Assembly: GCA_031409355.1 (NCBI GenBank)
Contig: JANNXB010000407.1
Location: 1-38,802 of the forward strand
Source of the DNA: Betaproteobacteria bacterium
GTDB taxonomy: Bacteria; Pseudomonadota; Gammaproteobacteria; Burkholderiales; SG8-39
Reading direction: 5' to 3'
Length of the DNA: 38,802 bases
Part shown: one piece after another, positions 1 to 9,182 of the stretch
Layout of the letters: every line of letters starts with the position of its first letter
Position numbering within the stretch: the stretch's first letter is position 1
Translations under genes and position numbers: made by a program
The notes under the pieces: model-generated
What the model was told of the DNA's origin: nothing
Seen by the model: the letters and a program-made list of their open reading frames with translations, nothing else
The model's database searches: none

Positions 1-1170
1 CTCCATAGATATCGGCTGGCCAGGACCCGTCAATCCCTGGCCCGTTCCAAATTAGGGGCGATGCTGTGCTTCGACCAGCACAACATCCGCTATATCTCTT
101 CCACCGTCATTGGCGAGTGGGCGCGGGACAAGCTGATCCGCTATTGCCTGCTCACCGGCACCGGCGATCCCTGGGTCTGGGATTTCGGTTCGGCGGCGCG
201 GCACCATAAGTTGTATTGCCCGTGGCTCAAGGAAGACCACGTGCGCGCGGGCAATCCGGGGATGCGCGGCGCGATCGGGCCGTCGGTCGGCCTGTTCGAG
301 GCGGCGGCGAAGGAGATCAAGGACATCCTGGTGCAGGAGGGCGTGGCGGGCATGCCCCTCGGCATCGACATGTGCGAGCCGGGGTTCCTGTTTGCGCTGG
401 AGAAGGAAGGCCTGAATATCCGCGACGGCCAGCAGATGATGCTGATGGCGCGCGAGGTGAAGAGCCATGACGAGATCACTCTGCTAAACACCGCGGCTGC
501 GATGGTGGACGGGGTCTACCAGGACATCACCGAGGCGTTGAAGCCCGGCGTGAAGGAAAGCCAGATCGTCGGCCTCGCCTCCAAGCGCCTCTACGAGATG
601 GGCTCGGACTGCGTCGAGGCGGTGAACGCCATCGCGGGCGAGCGCTGCAGCCCGCACCCGCACAATTTCACCGACCGCCTGATCCGCCCCGGCGACCAGG
701 CCTACTTCGACATCATCCATTCTTTCATCGGCTACCGCACCTGCTACTACCGCACGTTTTCGGTCGGCCGCTCGACGCCGGCGCAGCGCGACGCCTACAA
801 GAAGGCGCGCAACTGGATGGACGGCGCCATTTCGATGCTAAAGCCGGGCATCTCCACCGAAAAAGTGGCGAAGATGTTCCCCAAATGCACCGAGATCGGC
901 TTCGAGACCGAGATGTCCGCGTTCGGCCTGAATTTCTGCCATGGTCTCGGTCTCGGTCTGCACGAGCGGCCGCTCATCTCGCGCCTGAATTCGTTCATCG
1001 AGCCCTACGAACTGAAGGCCGGCATGGTGTTCGCGGTCGAGACCTTCTGCCCGGCCAAGGACGGAGTCTCGGCGGCGCGTATCGAGGAAGAAGTCGTGCT
1101 CACGCCCGAAGGCGCCAGGATCATTTCGCTGTATCCCGCACAGGAGTTACCGGTCGCAAATGCCTACTAA
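1..1170 (+). CDS. M24-family (creatinase/prolidase/Xaa-Pro aminopeptidase fold) hydrolase; 5' end lies outside the window
   Basis: Frame 1 is open from nt 1, with no stop before the ATG at 61. The upstream residues YRLARTRQSLARSKLGAMLCFDQHNIRYISS resemble the N-terminal creatinase/prolidase domain. C-terminal pita-bread motifs are present: AYFDII, CHGLGLGLHERP, VFAVETF, RIEEEVVLT. Stop is TAA at 1168-1170. Confidence 0.8.
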   Translation, partial: LHRYRLARTRQSLARSKLGAMLCFDQHNIRYISSTVIGEWARDKLIRYCLLTGTGDPWVWDFGSAARHHKLYCPWLKEDHVRAGNPGMRGAIGPSVGLFEAAAKEIKDILVQEGVAGMPLGIDMCEPGFLFALEKEGLNIRDGQQMMLMAREVKSHDEITLLNTAAAMVDGVYQDITEALKPGVKESQIVGLASKRLYEMGSDCVEAVNAIAGERCSPHPHNFTDRLIRPGDQAYFDIIHSFIGYRTCYYRTFSVGRSTPAQRDAYKKARNWMDGAISMLKPGISTEKVAKMFPKCTEIGFETEMSAFGLNFCHGLGLGLHERPLISRLNSFIEPYELKAGMVFAVETFCPAKDGVSAARIEEEVVLTPEGARIISLYPAQELPVANAY

Positions 1171-2077
1171 AAAGCAAACCATCGGCTGGATCGGCGCGGG
1201 GCGCATGGGCTACGAAATGGCCGGACGCCTCGCCAAGGGCGGCGCCGACGTGCTGGTGTGGAACCGGACGAAAGCCAAGGCGGAGCCGCTGGCGAAGTAC
1301 GGCGCCAAGGTTGCCGATGACGTCTCGGAACTCGCCTCGCGTGACATCGTGTTCTGCATGGTATCGACGTGGAAGGACGTGAAGGAGGTAGTCGAGAATC
1401 TCCTCAAAGGCAAGGCGAAGCCGAAATTGATCGTGGAGTGCTCTTCGATTTCTCTGGAAGGTTCGGCTGAACTGCGTCAAATTCTTGAAAGCAAAAAAAT
1501 AAACTATTTGGCCGCACCGGTTTCAGGGAACGCCAAGGTGATCAAGGCGGGCAAGCTCACCTTTGTATGCTCGGGTCCGAAGAGCGCCTACGACGCCGCC
1601 GAGCCTCTGCTGGACCTCATCGCCGTCAATTCAAGCTACGTCGGCGAAGGCGAGCTCGCGCGCATCGTCAAGATCTGCCACAACGTGTTCCTCGGCGTGG
1701 TGACGCAATCGCTGGCCGAGATCACGGTGCTGGCGCAGAAGGCGGGGGTGCCGCGCCACGCCTTCCTCGATTTCATGAACCAGAGCGTGATGGGATCGAC
1801 CTTCACGCGCTACAAGGCGCCGGCCTTTGTCAACCTGGACTTCAAAGTAACGTTTACTCCTCATCTGCTGAGGAAAGACATGGACCTGGGGCTGGACGCG
1901 GGGCGGAAGTTCGAAGTGCCGATGCCGCTGGCGAGCGCGACGCGCGACCTGATCCAATCGATGATCGGGCAGGGCTGGACCGAGCAGGATTTTGCAACGC
2001 TGCTGCTGCAACAGGCGGAGGCGTCCGGAATAAAACTGAAACCTGAGAACGTGGAGGTGGGAGATGGGCTTTCTTAA
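1160..2077 (+). CDS. NAD(P)-dependent oxidoreductase, beta-hydroxyacid (3-hydroxyisobutyrate/6-phosphogluconate-like) dehydrogenase family
   Basis: N-terminal Rossmann motif IGWIGAGRMGYEMAGRL. The 305-aa length and overall layout fit this family. The ATG overlaps the upstream gene by 11 nt. Confidence 0.85.
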   Translation: MPTKKQTIGWIGAGRMGYEMAGRLAKGGADVLVWNRTKAKAEPLAKYGAKVADDVSELASRDIVFCMVSTWKDVKEVVENLLKGKAKPKLIVECSSISLEGSAELRQILESKKINYLAAPVSGNAKVIKAGKLTFVCSGPKSAYDAAEPLLDLIAVNSSYVGEGELARIVKICHNVFLGVVTQSLAEITVLAQKAGVPRHAFLDFMNQSVMGSTFTRYKAPAFVNLDFKVTFTPHLLRKDMDLGLDAGRKFEVPMPLASATRDLIQSMIGQGWTEQDFATLLLQQAEASGIKLKPENVEVGDGLS

Positions 2078-3026
2078 AGGCATAGTTTTTTTACTGGGAG
2101 TTTTTTCGTCCCTGTCGATACAGGCGCAAAACTTTCCGAATAAACCCGTTCGCCTGATCATCGCGTTCACGCCGGGCAGCTCGACCGACATCATCGGCCG
2201 CGTGGTCGCGGCCAAGCTGCAGGAGATGTGGGGCCAGCCGGTGCTGGCCGAGAACCGCGCCGGCGCCGGCGGCTCGATCGGCTCCAAGTACGTGGTGGAC
2301 CAGCCCGCGGACGGCTATACCCTGCTCGCCAACTCCTCGGCGCACGCCGCCAATCCGGGCATCTTCGCCAAGCTGCCCTACGACACGCTGAAGGACTTCA
2401 CCAATCTCGCGCTGCTGGGCGGCGGGCCGAACGTCATGATCACCGCGCCCGATTCGGGGCTCAAGTCGCTGGGCGATTTCGTCAAGGCCGCGAAGGCGAG
2501 CCCGGGCAAGCTGAATTTCGCCTCCGCCGGCATCGGCAGCGGCACGCACTTCAACATCGAGAAGCTGAAGATCGCGACCGGCACCGACGTCACGCACGTG
2601 CCGTACAAGGGCACGCCGGAGGCGATCGCCGACACCATCAGCAACCGCACCTGCTGCTACTGGGCGCCGCTGAACGCCGCGCTGCCGCACGTCAACGGCG
2701 GCAAGGCGGTGGCGCTGGCGGTATCCAGCGCCACGCGTTCCCCGCTGCTGCCCAACGTGCCGACGGTGGCCGAGCAGGGCTACGCCGGCTTTGACTACAC
2801 GCTCTGGGTCGGCCTCTGGGGCCCGGCCGGCATGCCGGCCGACATCGCCGCCAGGATCAACAAGGACGTGGTTGCGGCTCTAAACAGTCCCGATACGCGC
2901 GAGCGGCTGACCAAGCTCGGCACCGTGCCGGGCAACATGTCGATGCCCGAGTTCAACGCCTTCTTGCGCAAGGAGATCGAGGACACGCAGAAGATCCTGA
3001 AGGCCGCCGGCATCAATCCGCAATAA
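2064..3026 (+). CDS. Bug-family (TctC-like) tripartite tricarboxylate transporter periplasmic substrate-binding protein
   Basis: Signal peptide MGFLKGIVFLLGVFSSLSIQA, then FPNKPVRLIIAFTPGSSTDIIGR and ENRAGAGGSIG, typical of Bug proteins. 320 aa. GGAGG-like RBS upstream. Overlaps the upstream gene by 14 nt. Confidence 0.9.
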   Translation: MGFLKGIVFLLGVFSSLSIQAQNFPNKPVRLIIAFTPGSSTDIIGRVVAAKLQEMWGQPVLAENRAGAGGSIGSKYVVDQPADGYTLLANSSAHAANPGIFAKLPYDTLKDFTNLALLGGGPNVMITAPDSGLKSLGDFVKAAKASPGKLNFASAGIGSGTHFNIEKLKIATGTDVTHVPYKGTPEAIADTISNRTCCYWAPLNAALPHVNGGKAVALAVSSATRSPLLPNVPTVAEQGYAGFDYTLWVGLWGPAGMPADIAARINKDVVAALNSPDTRERLTKLGTVPGNMSMPEFNAFLRKEIEDTQKILKAAGINPQ

Positions 3027-3036
3027 GGAGAACAGG

Positions 3037-3993
3037 ATGAGATGGTTTTTTGCTTTTGTTTCCCTGTTCCTTTGCATTCAGAATTCAAATGCACAAGGCT
3101 ATCCATCCAAGCCCGTCCGGCTGATCATCTCCTTCACGGCGGGCAGCTCCACCGACATCGTCGCGCGCGTCGTGATGCAGAGGGTGTCGGAATACTGGGG
3201 CCAGCCCGCGGTGATCGAGAACCGCGGCGGCGCCGGCGGCTCGATCGGTTCGGCGGTGGTCGCCAAGGCGGCAGCCGACGGCTACACGCTGCTGGTCAAC
3301 TCCTCGGCGCATTCGGTCAACCCGGCGATCTTCGCCAGCCTGCCTTACGACACGGTGAAGGACTTCACCGACATCGTGCCGCTGTCCATCCAGCCGAACG
3401 TGCTGGTGGTGAACGTCACCTCGCCGCACAAGACGATGATGGACCTGCTGAACGCGGCCAAGGCGAAGCCGGGCGCCATCAACTTCGGCCACGCCGGCAT
3501 CGGCAGCGGCACCCACCTCAGCACCGAACGCCTGATCGCCGCCGCGGGCATCAACGTCACGCAGGTGCCGTTCAAGGGCACGCCAGAGGTCATCACCGCG
3601 CTGCTAAGCAACTCGGTGGACTGCTACTGGGCGCCAATCTCGGCAGGCCTGTCGGCGATCAAGGGCGGCAAGCTGCGCGCGCTGGCCGTCAGCACCGCGA
3701 GGCGCAATCCGTCCCTGCCCGAAGTCCCGACGCCGGCCGAGGCGGGCGTGAAGAACGCGGAATCCGCGCTCTGGTTCGGCGTGTGGGGTCCCGCCGGCCT
3801 GCCCGCGGACGTGACGCAGAAGATCTCGGCGGACGTGCGCCGGGCGCTCTCGGAGCCGGTGGTGAAGGAAAAGCTCATCGCGCTCGGCAACGACACGCTG
3901 GACATGCCTCCGGCCGAGTTCGCGAAATTCGTGCGCGACGAGATCGATACCTACCAGCGCGTGATCAAGGCCGCGGGCATCAAGCCGCAGTAA
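3037..3993 (+). CDS. Bug-family (TctC-like) periplasmic substrate-binding protein, paralog of the preceding gene
   Basis: Signal peptide MRWFFAFVSLFLCIQNSNA, then YPSKPVRLIISFTAGSSTDIVAR and ENRGGAGGSIG. Collinear with the 2064-3026 product. AAGGAG RBS lies 10 nt after the previous stop. Confidence 0.9.
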   Translation: MRWFFAFVSLFLCIQNSNAQGYPSKPVRLIISFTAGSSTDIVARVVMQRVSEYWGQPAVIENRGGAGGSIGSAVVAKAAADGYTLLVNSSAHSVNPAIFASLPYDTVKDFTDIVPLSIQPNVLVVNVTSPHKTMMDLLNAAKAKPGAINFGHAGIGSGTHLSTERLIAAAGINVTQVPFKGTPEVITALLSNSVDCYWAPISAGLSAIKGGKLRALAVSTARRNPSLPEVPTPAEAGVKNAESALWFGVWGPAGLPADVTQKISADVRRALSEPVVKEKLIALGNDTLDMPPAEFAKFVRDEIDTYQRVIKAAGIKPQ

Positions 3994-4023
3994 AGGCAGG
4001 CCGCCGGCATCAAGCCGCAATAG
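3969..4023. repeat. Imperfect tandem duplication (30-nt period) of the 3' terminus of the Bug gene, including a second in-frame stop
   Basis: ggccgcgggcatcaagccgcagtaa (3969-3993) is followed by ggccgccggcatcaagccgcaatag (3999-4023), 22 of 25 nt identical. Copy 2 is in the same frame and would again read AAGIKPQ-stop. It also resembles the end of the first Bug gene (ggccgccggcatcaatccgcaataa, about 3002-3026). Confidence 0.6.
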
Positions 4024-4024
4024 A

Positions 4025-5611
4025 TTGGAACTTGATCTCCTGATCGTCGGAGCCGGTTTCGCCGGCCTCTGTATGCTGCACAAGGCCCGCCGGGCAGGCC
4101 TGTCGGCGCGGGTTCTGGAAGCCGGCGCCGGCGTCGGCGGCACTTGGTACTTCAACCGCTATCCGGGCGCGCGCGTAGACATCCAGAGCATGGAGTACTC
4201 GTTCGGCTTCTCCGACGACCTGCAGCAGGAATGGCGCTGGACCGAGCGCTACGCCGCGCAGCCCGAGCTGCTGCGCTACGCCAATCATGTGGCGGACCGC
4301 TTCGGCCTGCGCGACGGCATCCAGCTGAACACCCGCATGACCGGCGCCGCGTTCGACGAGCGTTCGCGGCGCTGGCAGGTGACCGCGGAGAGCGGCGAAA
4401 CCTGGTCGGTGCGGTTCCTGGTGATGGCGAGCGGGCCATTGTCTTCGCCCAGCACGCCGGATTTCCCGGGCCTCGCCGAGTTCGCCGGGCCCGTCTACCA
4501 CACGGCCCGCTGGCCGGCGGAGAAGATCGATTTCACCGGGCTGCGCGTGGGCCTGGTCGGTACGGGGTCATCCGGAGTGCAGGCCATTACGGCGATCGCG
4601 CGCGAATGCGGCGAGTTGACGGTGTTCCAGCGCACCGCCGCCTACGCGGTGCCGGCCCACAACGGCCATCTGGACCCGGGCTTCGAAGCGCGCGTGAAAT
4701 CCGACTACCAGGGCTTCCGCGCCCGCAACCGGAGGATGCAGGGCGGCTTCGGTTCGGAGCTCCCGCCCAACCCCGTCTCGGCGCTGGCGGCCGGGCCCGC
4801 CGAGCGCGAGGCGATGTTCGAGGCGCGCTGGCGCATCGGCGGCTTCGGATTTCTCGGCGCGTTCAACGACCTGCTGCTGGACGAGCGCGCCAACGCGCTG
4901 GCGGCGGAGTTCGTGCGCGGCAAGATCCGCTCGATCGTGCGCGACCCGGAAACCGCGCGCCTGCTGTCGCCGAAACAAACCATCGGCTGCAAGCGCCTGT
5001 GTGTCGATACCGGCTACTACGAGACCTACAACCGGCCCAACGTGCGGCTGGTGGACATCGCTATACAGCCGATCGAGCGCATCACGCCCGCGGGCCTGCT
5101 CGCCGGCGGGCGCGAATACGCGTTCGACGCGCTGGTGCTCGCCACCGGCTTCGACGCCATGACCGGGACACTGATGCGCCTCGACCTGCGCGGCCGCGGC
5201 GGCCTGACGATGCGGGAGAAGTGGGCCGCCGGGCCGCTCAACTACCTGGGCCTCCTCATCGAGGGTTTCCCGAACCTCTTCAACGTCGCCGGGCCGGGCA
5301 GCACCTCGGCCTTCACCAACGTCATGGTCTCCATCGAGCACCACGTCAACTGGATCGCGGATTGCATTTTGTTCTTGAACAACACTGGAAGAGAAACCAT
5401 TGAAGCAACCCGTGAGGCGGAAGCTGCCTGGGTCGAGCACGTTTACACGGTCGCGAAGCGCACCGTCTACCTGACCTGCAACTCCTGGTACCTGGGCGCG
5501 AACATCCCGGGCAAGCCGCGGGTGTTCATGCCGCTGTTCGGGTTCCCGGCCTACGCGGCGAAGTGCGCCGAAGTCGCCGGGCGCGGCTACGAAGGCTGCC
5601 TGCTTTCCTAG
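4025..5611 (+). CDS. Baeyer-Villiger-type flavin-containing monooxygenase (NADPH-dependent)
   Basis: FAD GxGxxG motif (VGAGFAGL) at the N-terminus. BVMO fingerprint FxGxxxHxxxW (FAGPVYHTARW). Second dinucleotide motif GTGSSG. 528 aa. The only start candidate upstream of the FAD motif is TTG 4025, with a weak RBS. Confidence 0.85.
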   Translation: MELDLLIVGAGFAGLCMLHKARRAGLSARVLEAGAGVGGTWYFNRYPGARVDIQSMEYSFGFSDDLQQEWRWTERYAAQPELLRYANHVADRFGLRDGIQLNTRMTGAAFDERSRRWQVTAESGETWSVRFLVMASGPLSSPSTPDFPGLAEFAGPVYHTARWPAEKIDFTGLRVGLVGTGSSGVQAITAIARECGELTVFQRTAAYAVPAHNGHLDPGFEARVKSDYQGFRARNRRMQGGFGSELPPNPVSALAAGPAEREAMFEARWRIGGFGFLGAFNDLLLDERANALAAEFVRGKIRSIVRDPETARLLSPKQTIGCKRLCVDTGYYETYNRPNVRLVDIAIQPIERITPAGLLAGGREYAFDALVLATGFDAMTGTLMRLDLRGRGGLTMREKWAAGPLNYLGLLIEGFPNLFNVAGPGSTSAFTNVMVSIEHHVNWIADCILFLNNTGRETIEATREAEAAWVEHVYTVAKRTVYLTCNSWYLGANIPGKPRVFMPLFGFPAYAAKCAEVAGRGYEGCLLS

Positions 5612-5614
5612 TTC

Positions 5615-7597
5615 CTAGGACGATGGGACTTTCTTCAGGTCCGACAGCCATGCCGTCGCGTTGCCGTCGGACGGTGCGCGCCAGTCGCCGCGCGGCGAAA
5701 GAGAGCCGCCGGAGCCCACCTTGGGGCCGTTGGGCAGGGCGCTGCGCTTGAACTGGCTGGTCTGGAAGAAGCGCCGCAGGAACACTTCCAGCCAGCGGCG
5801 GATTTCCCCCAGCTTGTACTTGCCCTGCCAGGCGTGCGCGGCGAGGAACGCCACCTTCGACGGAGTGTAGCCGAAGCGCAGCGTGTAGTAGAGGAAGAAG
5901 TCCTGGAGCTCATACGGCCCGATCACGTCTTCCGTCTTCTGATTTGGTTTTAATTCTGGAGAAATTTCAGTAGCAAGAACGCGAAGGAGCGCTTTATTCA
6001 CCGCTTCGCCGAACTGGCCCGACTTCGCCACCCAGCCGATCAGGTATTGCACCAGGGTCTTCGGCACGCTGACGTTGACGTTGTAATGCGACATATGGTC
6101 TCCAACGCCATAGGTTGCCCAGCCCAGCGCCAGCTCCGACAGGTCGCCGGTGCCCACCACCAGGCCGCCGTGGTGGTTGGCGAGGCGGAACAGGTGGCTG
6201 GTGCGCTCCCCCGCCTGTACGTTCTCGAAGGCGATGTCGTACTGCTTGCGGCCCTTGGCGTAGGGATGGCCCAGGTCCTTGAACATCTGCATGCACGAGG
6301 GGCGGATGTCGATTTCCTCCGGGCTGGCGTCCACGGCGCGCATCAGCTGCCAGGCGGTGGAGCGGGTGCGAGTGGAAGTCGCGAAACCGGGCATGGTGTA
6401 GGCGAGGATGTTGCCCCTCGGCAGGCCCAGCTCGTCCATCACGCGTGTGCTTACGAGCAGCGCCTGGGTCGAGTCCAGCCCGCCCGAGATGCCGATGACG
6501 AGCTTTTTCGTCCCGGTGGCGCGCATGCGCGTGGCGAGGCCCGCGACCTGGATGCGGTAGACCTCCTCGCAGCGCGCGTCGCGCGTTGCAGGGTCCGAAG
6601 GCACGTAGGGGAACCTGGGGATTTGCCTTTCGAGGGGAATTTTTCCGGCAGGAATATCCAATGAAAAATCCACCATCCTGAACTTCCCCACTTCTCCTGC
6701 ATGCCGCCGCGCGGACTCCCCGAACGAGTTCTGGCGCATGCGGTCGGCCTCGAGGCGCTCCAGGTCCAGGTCGGCATAGGTCAGCTGCGCGCGGGTGGCG
6801 AAGCGCTCGGACTCCGCCAGCAGCGAGCCGTTCTCGAAGGCCATGGCGTGGCCGTCCCAGGCGAGGTCGGTGGTGGACTCGCCCGCGCCCGCCGCGCTGT
6901 AGAGGTAGGCGGCGATGCAGCGCGCCGACTGGTTGGCGGCGAGGTCCCTGCGGTACTGGTGCTTGCCGACGACCACGTTGGAGGCCGACAGGTTGGCGAT
7001 TACCGTGGCGCCGGCGAGCGCGGCATACGAGGAGGGCGGCGCCGGCACCCACAGGTCCTCGCAGATCTCGGCGAAGAGCCTGAGCCTCGGGTTTTCTTGC
7101 AGCCTGAAAATCAGGGGCCCGAACGGCACGGCCCGGCCATCGAAAAAAATATCCTTCACCCCGTCCCCGCCCGGCGTGAATTGCCGCAATTCGTAGAACT
7201 CGCGGTAGTTGGGCAGGTAGGTCTTGGGCACAAGCCCGAGCAGTTCGCCGCGGCAGATGAGCGCCGCACAGTTGTAGAGCAGGCCGTCGGCGACCAGCGG
7301 CAGGCCGACGAAGGCGGCGATCGGCAGATTCTTCGAGCGTGCGAGCAGCCAGACGAGCGCCTCCTCGGTCGCGCGCAGCAGCGCCTGCTGGTGGAACAGG
7401 TCCTCGCAGCTGTAGGCGGAGAGCCCGAGCTCCGGGAACACCGCGACGATCGCCTTCTTCTTCGCCGCCTCGCGCATCAGCGCCAGCGTCGCCCCGGCGT
7501 TCGCCATCGGGTCGCCGATGCGCACCAGCGGCGTGGCGAGGGCGACGCGCGCGAAGCCGTGCCGGTAGAGGTTGAAAAAGTCGTCGTTTCGAGCCAT
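5615..7597 (-). CDS. nadE: Glutamine-dependent NAD+ synthetase (long form, CN-hydrolase domain fused to NAD synthetase domain)
   Basis: 660 aa. N-terminal nitrilase-like domain ([24 protein letters not shown]). C-terminal domain has the SGGxDS PP-loop (GISGGLDST). Confidence 0.92.
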   Translation of the reverse strand: MARNDDFFNLYRHGFARVALATPLVRIGDPMANAGATLALMREAAKKKAIVAVFPELGLSAYSCEDLFHQQALLRATEEALVWLLARSKNLPIAAFVGLPLVADGLLYNCAALICRGELLGLVPKTYLPNYREFYELRQFTPGGDGVKDIFFDGRAVPFGPLIFRLQENPRLRLFAEICEDLWVPAPPSSYAALAGATVIANLSASNVVVGKHQYRRDLAANQSARCIAAYLYSAAGAGESTTDLAWDGHAMAFENGSLLAESERFATRAQLTYADLDLERLEADRMRQNSFGESARRHAGEVGKFRMVDFSLDIPAGKIPLERQIPRFPYVPSDPATRDARCEEVYRIQVAGLATRMRATGTKKLVIGISGGLDSTQALLVSTRVMDELGLPRGNILAYTMPGFATSTRTRSTAWQLMRAVDASPEEIDIRPSCMQMFKDLGHPYAKGRKQYDIAFENVQAGERTSHLFRLANHHGGLVVGTGDLSELALGWATYGVGDHMSHYNVNVSVPKTLVQYLIGWVAKSGQFGEAVNKALLRVLATEISPELKPNQKTEDVIGPYELQDFFLYYTLRFGYTPSKVAFLAAHAWQGKYKLGEIRRWLEVFLRRFFQTSQFKRSALPNGPKVGSGGSLSPRGDWRAPSDGNATAWLSDLKKVPSS

Positions 7598-7642
7598 GCA
7601 GCCTATTTTACGCCTGTTGTACTATGGTGTATAAAGCCATAT

Positions 7643-7846
7643 ATGTTCGAAGAGAGATGCCTGCTGCCCGACGACTTCGTCCTGGAAGCAAAGGTCCTGG
7701 ATGGCATGGATTTTTTTCTTTTGCTCAGGAAGGGAAAAACCATCCTGGTCGAGTACAGCAATGCGAGCGGCCATGAATTCAAGTCGGTGGAAAAACTCCG
7801 CTACGACTTCGAGCGCGATGTCGAAGACGCTCTACGTCAGGGTTAG
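7643..7846 (+). CDS. Small hypothetical protein (67 aa), candidate partner of the downstream wHTH gene
   Basis: ATG 7643 lies in the AT-richer gap after nadE. Third codon positions are mostly G/C. The 3' end overlaps the ATG (7818) of the next gene by 29 nt. I recognise no motif. Confidence 0.4.
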   Translation: MFEERCLLPDDFVLEAKVLDGMDFFLLLRKGKTILVEYSNASGHEFKSVEKLRYDFERDVEDALRQG

Positions 7847-8183
7847 CAGCGGGGAAAACCCGCGCGCCGACGCTCTCGACCGCTTCGAGGCCGCCTGGCA
7901 CCTGGCGACTGGCCGCAAGCCGCCCGCGCCGCTCGCGCTGCTGTCCTTCGCCGACCTGCCCCTGCTGATGAAAAACATCTCGCCCGCCCGCTGGGAGCTG
8001 CTACAGCGCCTGAAGAAGGCGGGGCCGCTGACGATTTTCGCGCTGGCGAAGCTGCTGGAGCGCGACTACAAGAACGTGCACACGGATGTTTCGCGTCTTC
8101 TCGAATTGAATCTTCTCGAAAAAAACCAGGAAGGACAGGTCAGCGTGCCCTGGCAAGCGGTCCGGGCCGAGCTGAAATTATAG
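7818..8183 (+). CDS. Small winged-helix (ArsR/MarR-like) DNA-binding protein, antitoxin-like predicted regulator (121 aa)
   Basis: I chose internal ATG 7818 of the 7701-8183 ORF. The 39 upstream codons are S/T-rich and overlap the better small ORF. The product MSKTLYVRVSS...ISPARWELLQRLKKAGPLTIFALAKLLERDYKNVHTDVSRLLELNLLEK has the layout of the ~120-aa predicted transcriptional regulators with a C-terminal wHTH. Confidence 0.7.
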   Translation: MSKTLYVRVSSGENPRADALDRFEAAWHLATGRKPPAPLALLSFADLPLLMKNISPARWELLQRLKKAGPLTIFALAKLLERDYKNVHTDVSRLLELNLLEKNQEGQVSVPWQAVRAELKL

Positions 8184-9143
8184 CCAGCCGGCCTTGCGGA
8201 ATTTCAGGAACAGCACCACGTCGATGCCCACCATCATGAACAGGGCGAGCGGGTAGCCCCAGAGCCATTTCAGCTCCGGCATGTGCTCGAAGTTCATGCC
8301 GTAGACGCCGGCGATCATGGTCGGCACCGCGACGAGGGCGGCGTACGCGGCCAGGCGCTTGGTCACCTCGCTCTCGCCGATGGTGATCATGGCGAGGTTC
8401 ACCTGCAGCGCCGTGTTCACCGTGTCGCGCAGGGAGTCGAGCGACTGGTTCACGCGCACCAGGTGGTCGTAGACGTCGCGGAAGTATTCCCCCAGGCCTG
8501 AACACACCGCCGGCACGCGGCCGCCGTAGAGCTTGCCCACCGAGTCCATCAGCGGCCCGGTGGCGTGCTTTAGCGTGGTGACCTTCTGCTTGACGTAGTA
8601 CAGCGCCTCGATGTTGGCGCGCGGCGAGGTGTTGGCGAAAATGCGTTCCTCGATCGCCTCGAGCTCGGTTTCGATCGCGTCCAGCACCGGGAAATAGCGG
8701 TCCACCACCGCGTCCATCAGGGCGTAGAGCACGTAGCCCGAACCGTGGCGCAGCAGTTCGGGCTCCCGCTCGCAGCGTGAGCGCACCCCGAGAAAGCCCT
8801 GTTCGGTGCGGTTGCGGACCGACAGCACGAAGTTCGGTCCGGTGAAGATGTTCACTTCGCCGACATGGAGCTCTTCGCCCGCTTTCTCCACCACGTGCAG
8901 GACGGTGAAGATTTCGCTGCCGTACTCCTCGATCTTGGGCCGCTGGTGGCCGTGGCGCGCGTCTTCGAGCGACAGTTCGTGCAAGTCGAACTGCTTGCCC
9001 ATCTCGTCGAGTTCGGCGTCTGACGCATCGCGCAGCGCCACCCAGACGAAACATCCCGGTTTTGCCAGGTAGTCGTGGATCTCGCTTTGCGCGATGTCGG
9101 CGAGCTTTTTGCCGTCCTGGTAGACGACGCAGTTGACCAGCAT
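8178..9143 (-). CDS. corA: CorA-family magnesium/cobalt transporter
   Basis: 321 aa. Two C-terminal TM helices and the YGMNF (GMN) signature. The 3' end overlaps the convergent wHTH gene by 6 nt. Confidence 0.92.
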   Translation of the reverse strand: MLVNCVVYQDGKKLADIAQSEIHDYLAKPGCFVWVALRDASDAELDEMGKQFDLHELSLEDARHGHQRPKIEEYGSEIFTVLHVVEKAGEELHVGEVNIFTGPNFVLSVRNRTEQGFLGVRSRCEREPELLRHGSGYVLYALMDAVVDRYFPVLDAIETELEAIEERIFANTSPRANIEALYYVKQKVTTLKHATGPLMDSVGKLYGGRVPAVCSGLGEYFRDVYDHLVRVNQSLDSLRDTVNTALQVNLAMITIGESEVTKRLAAYAALVAVPTMIAGVYGMNFEHMPELKWLWGYPLALFMMVGIDVVLFLKFRKAGWL

Positions 9144-9182
9144 TGATAATCATAATCTGAATCCGCGAAGTTAAAATAGGCC

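Noticed and set aside
6701-7642. Long + strand ORF (381 aa) across nadE
   Set aside because: It is antisense to a confidently identified nadE and has low-complexity Arg/Gly/Ala content. Only its final 67 codons, which lie outside nadE, are kept as a possible small gene.
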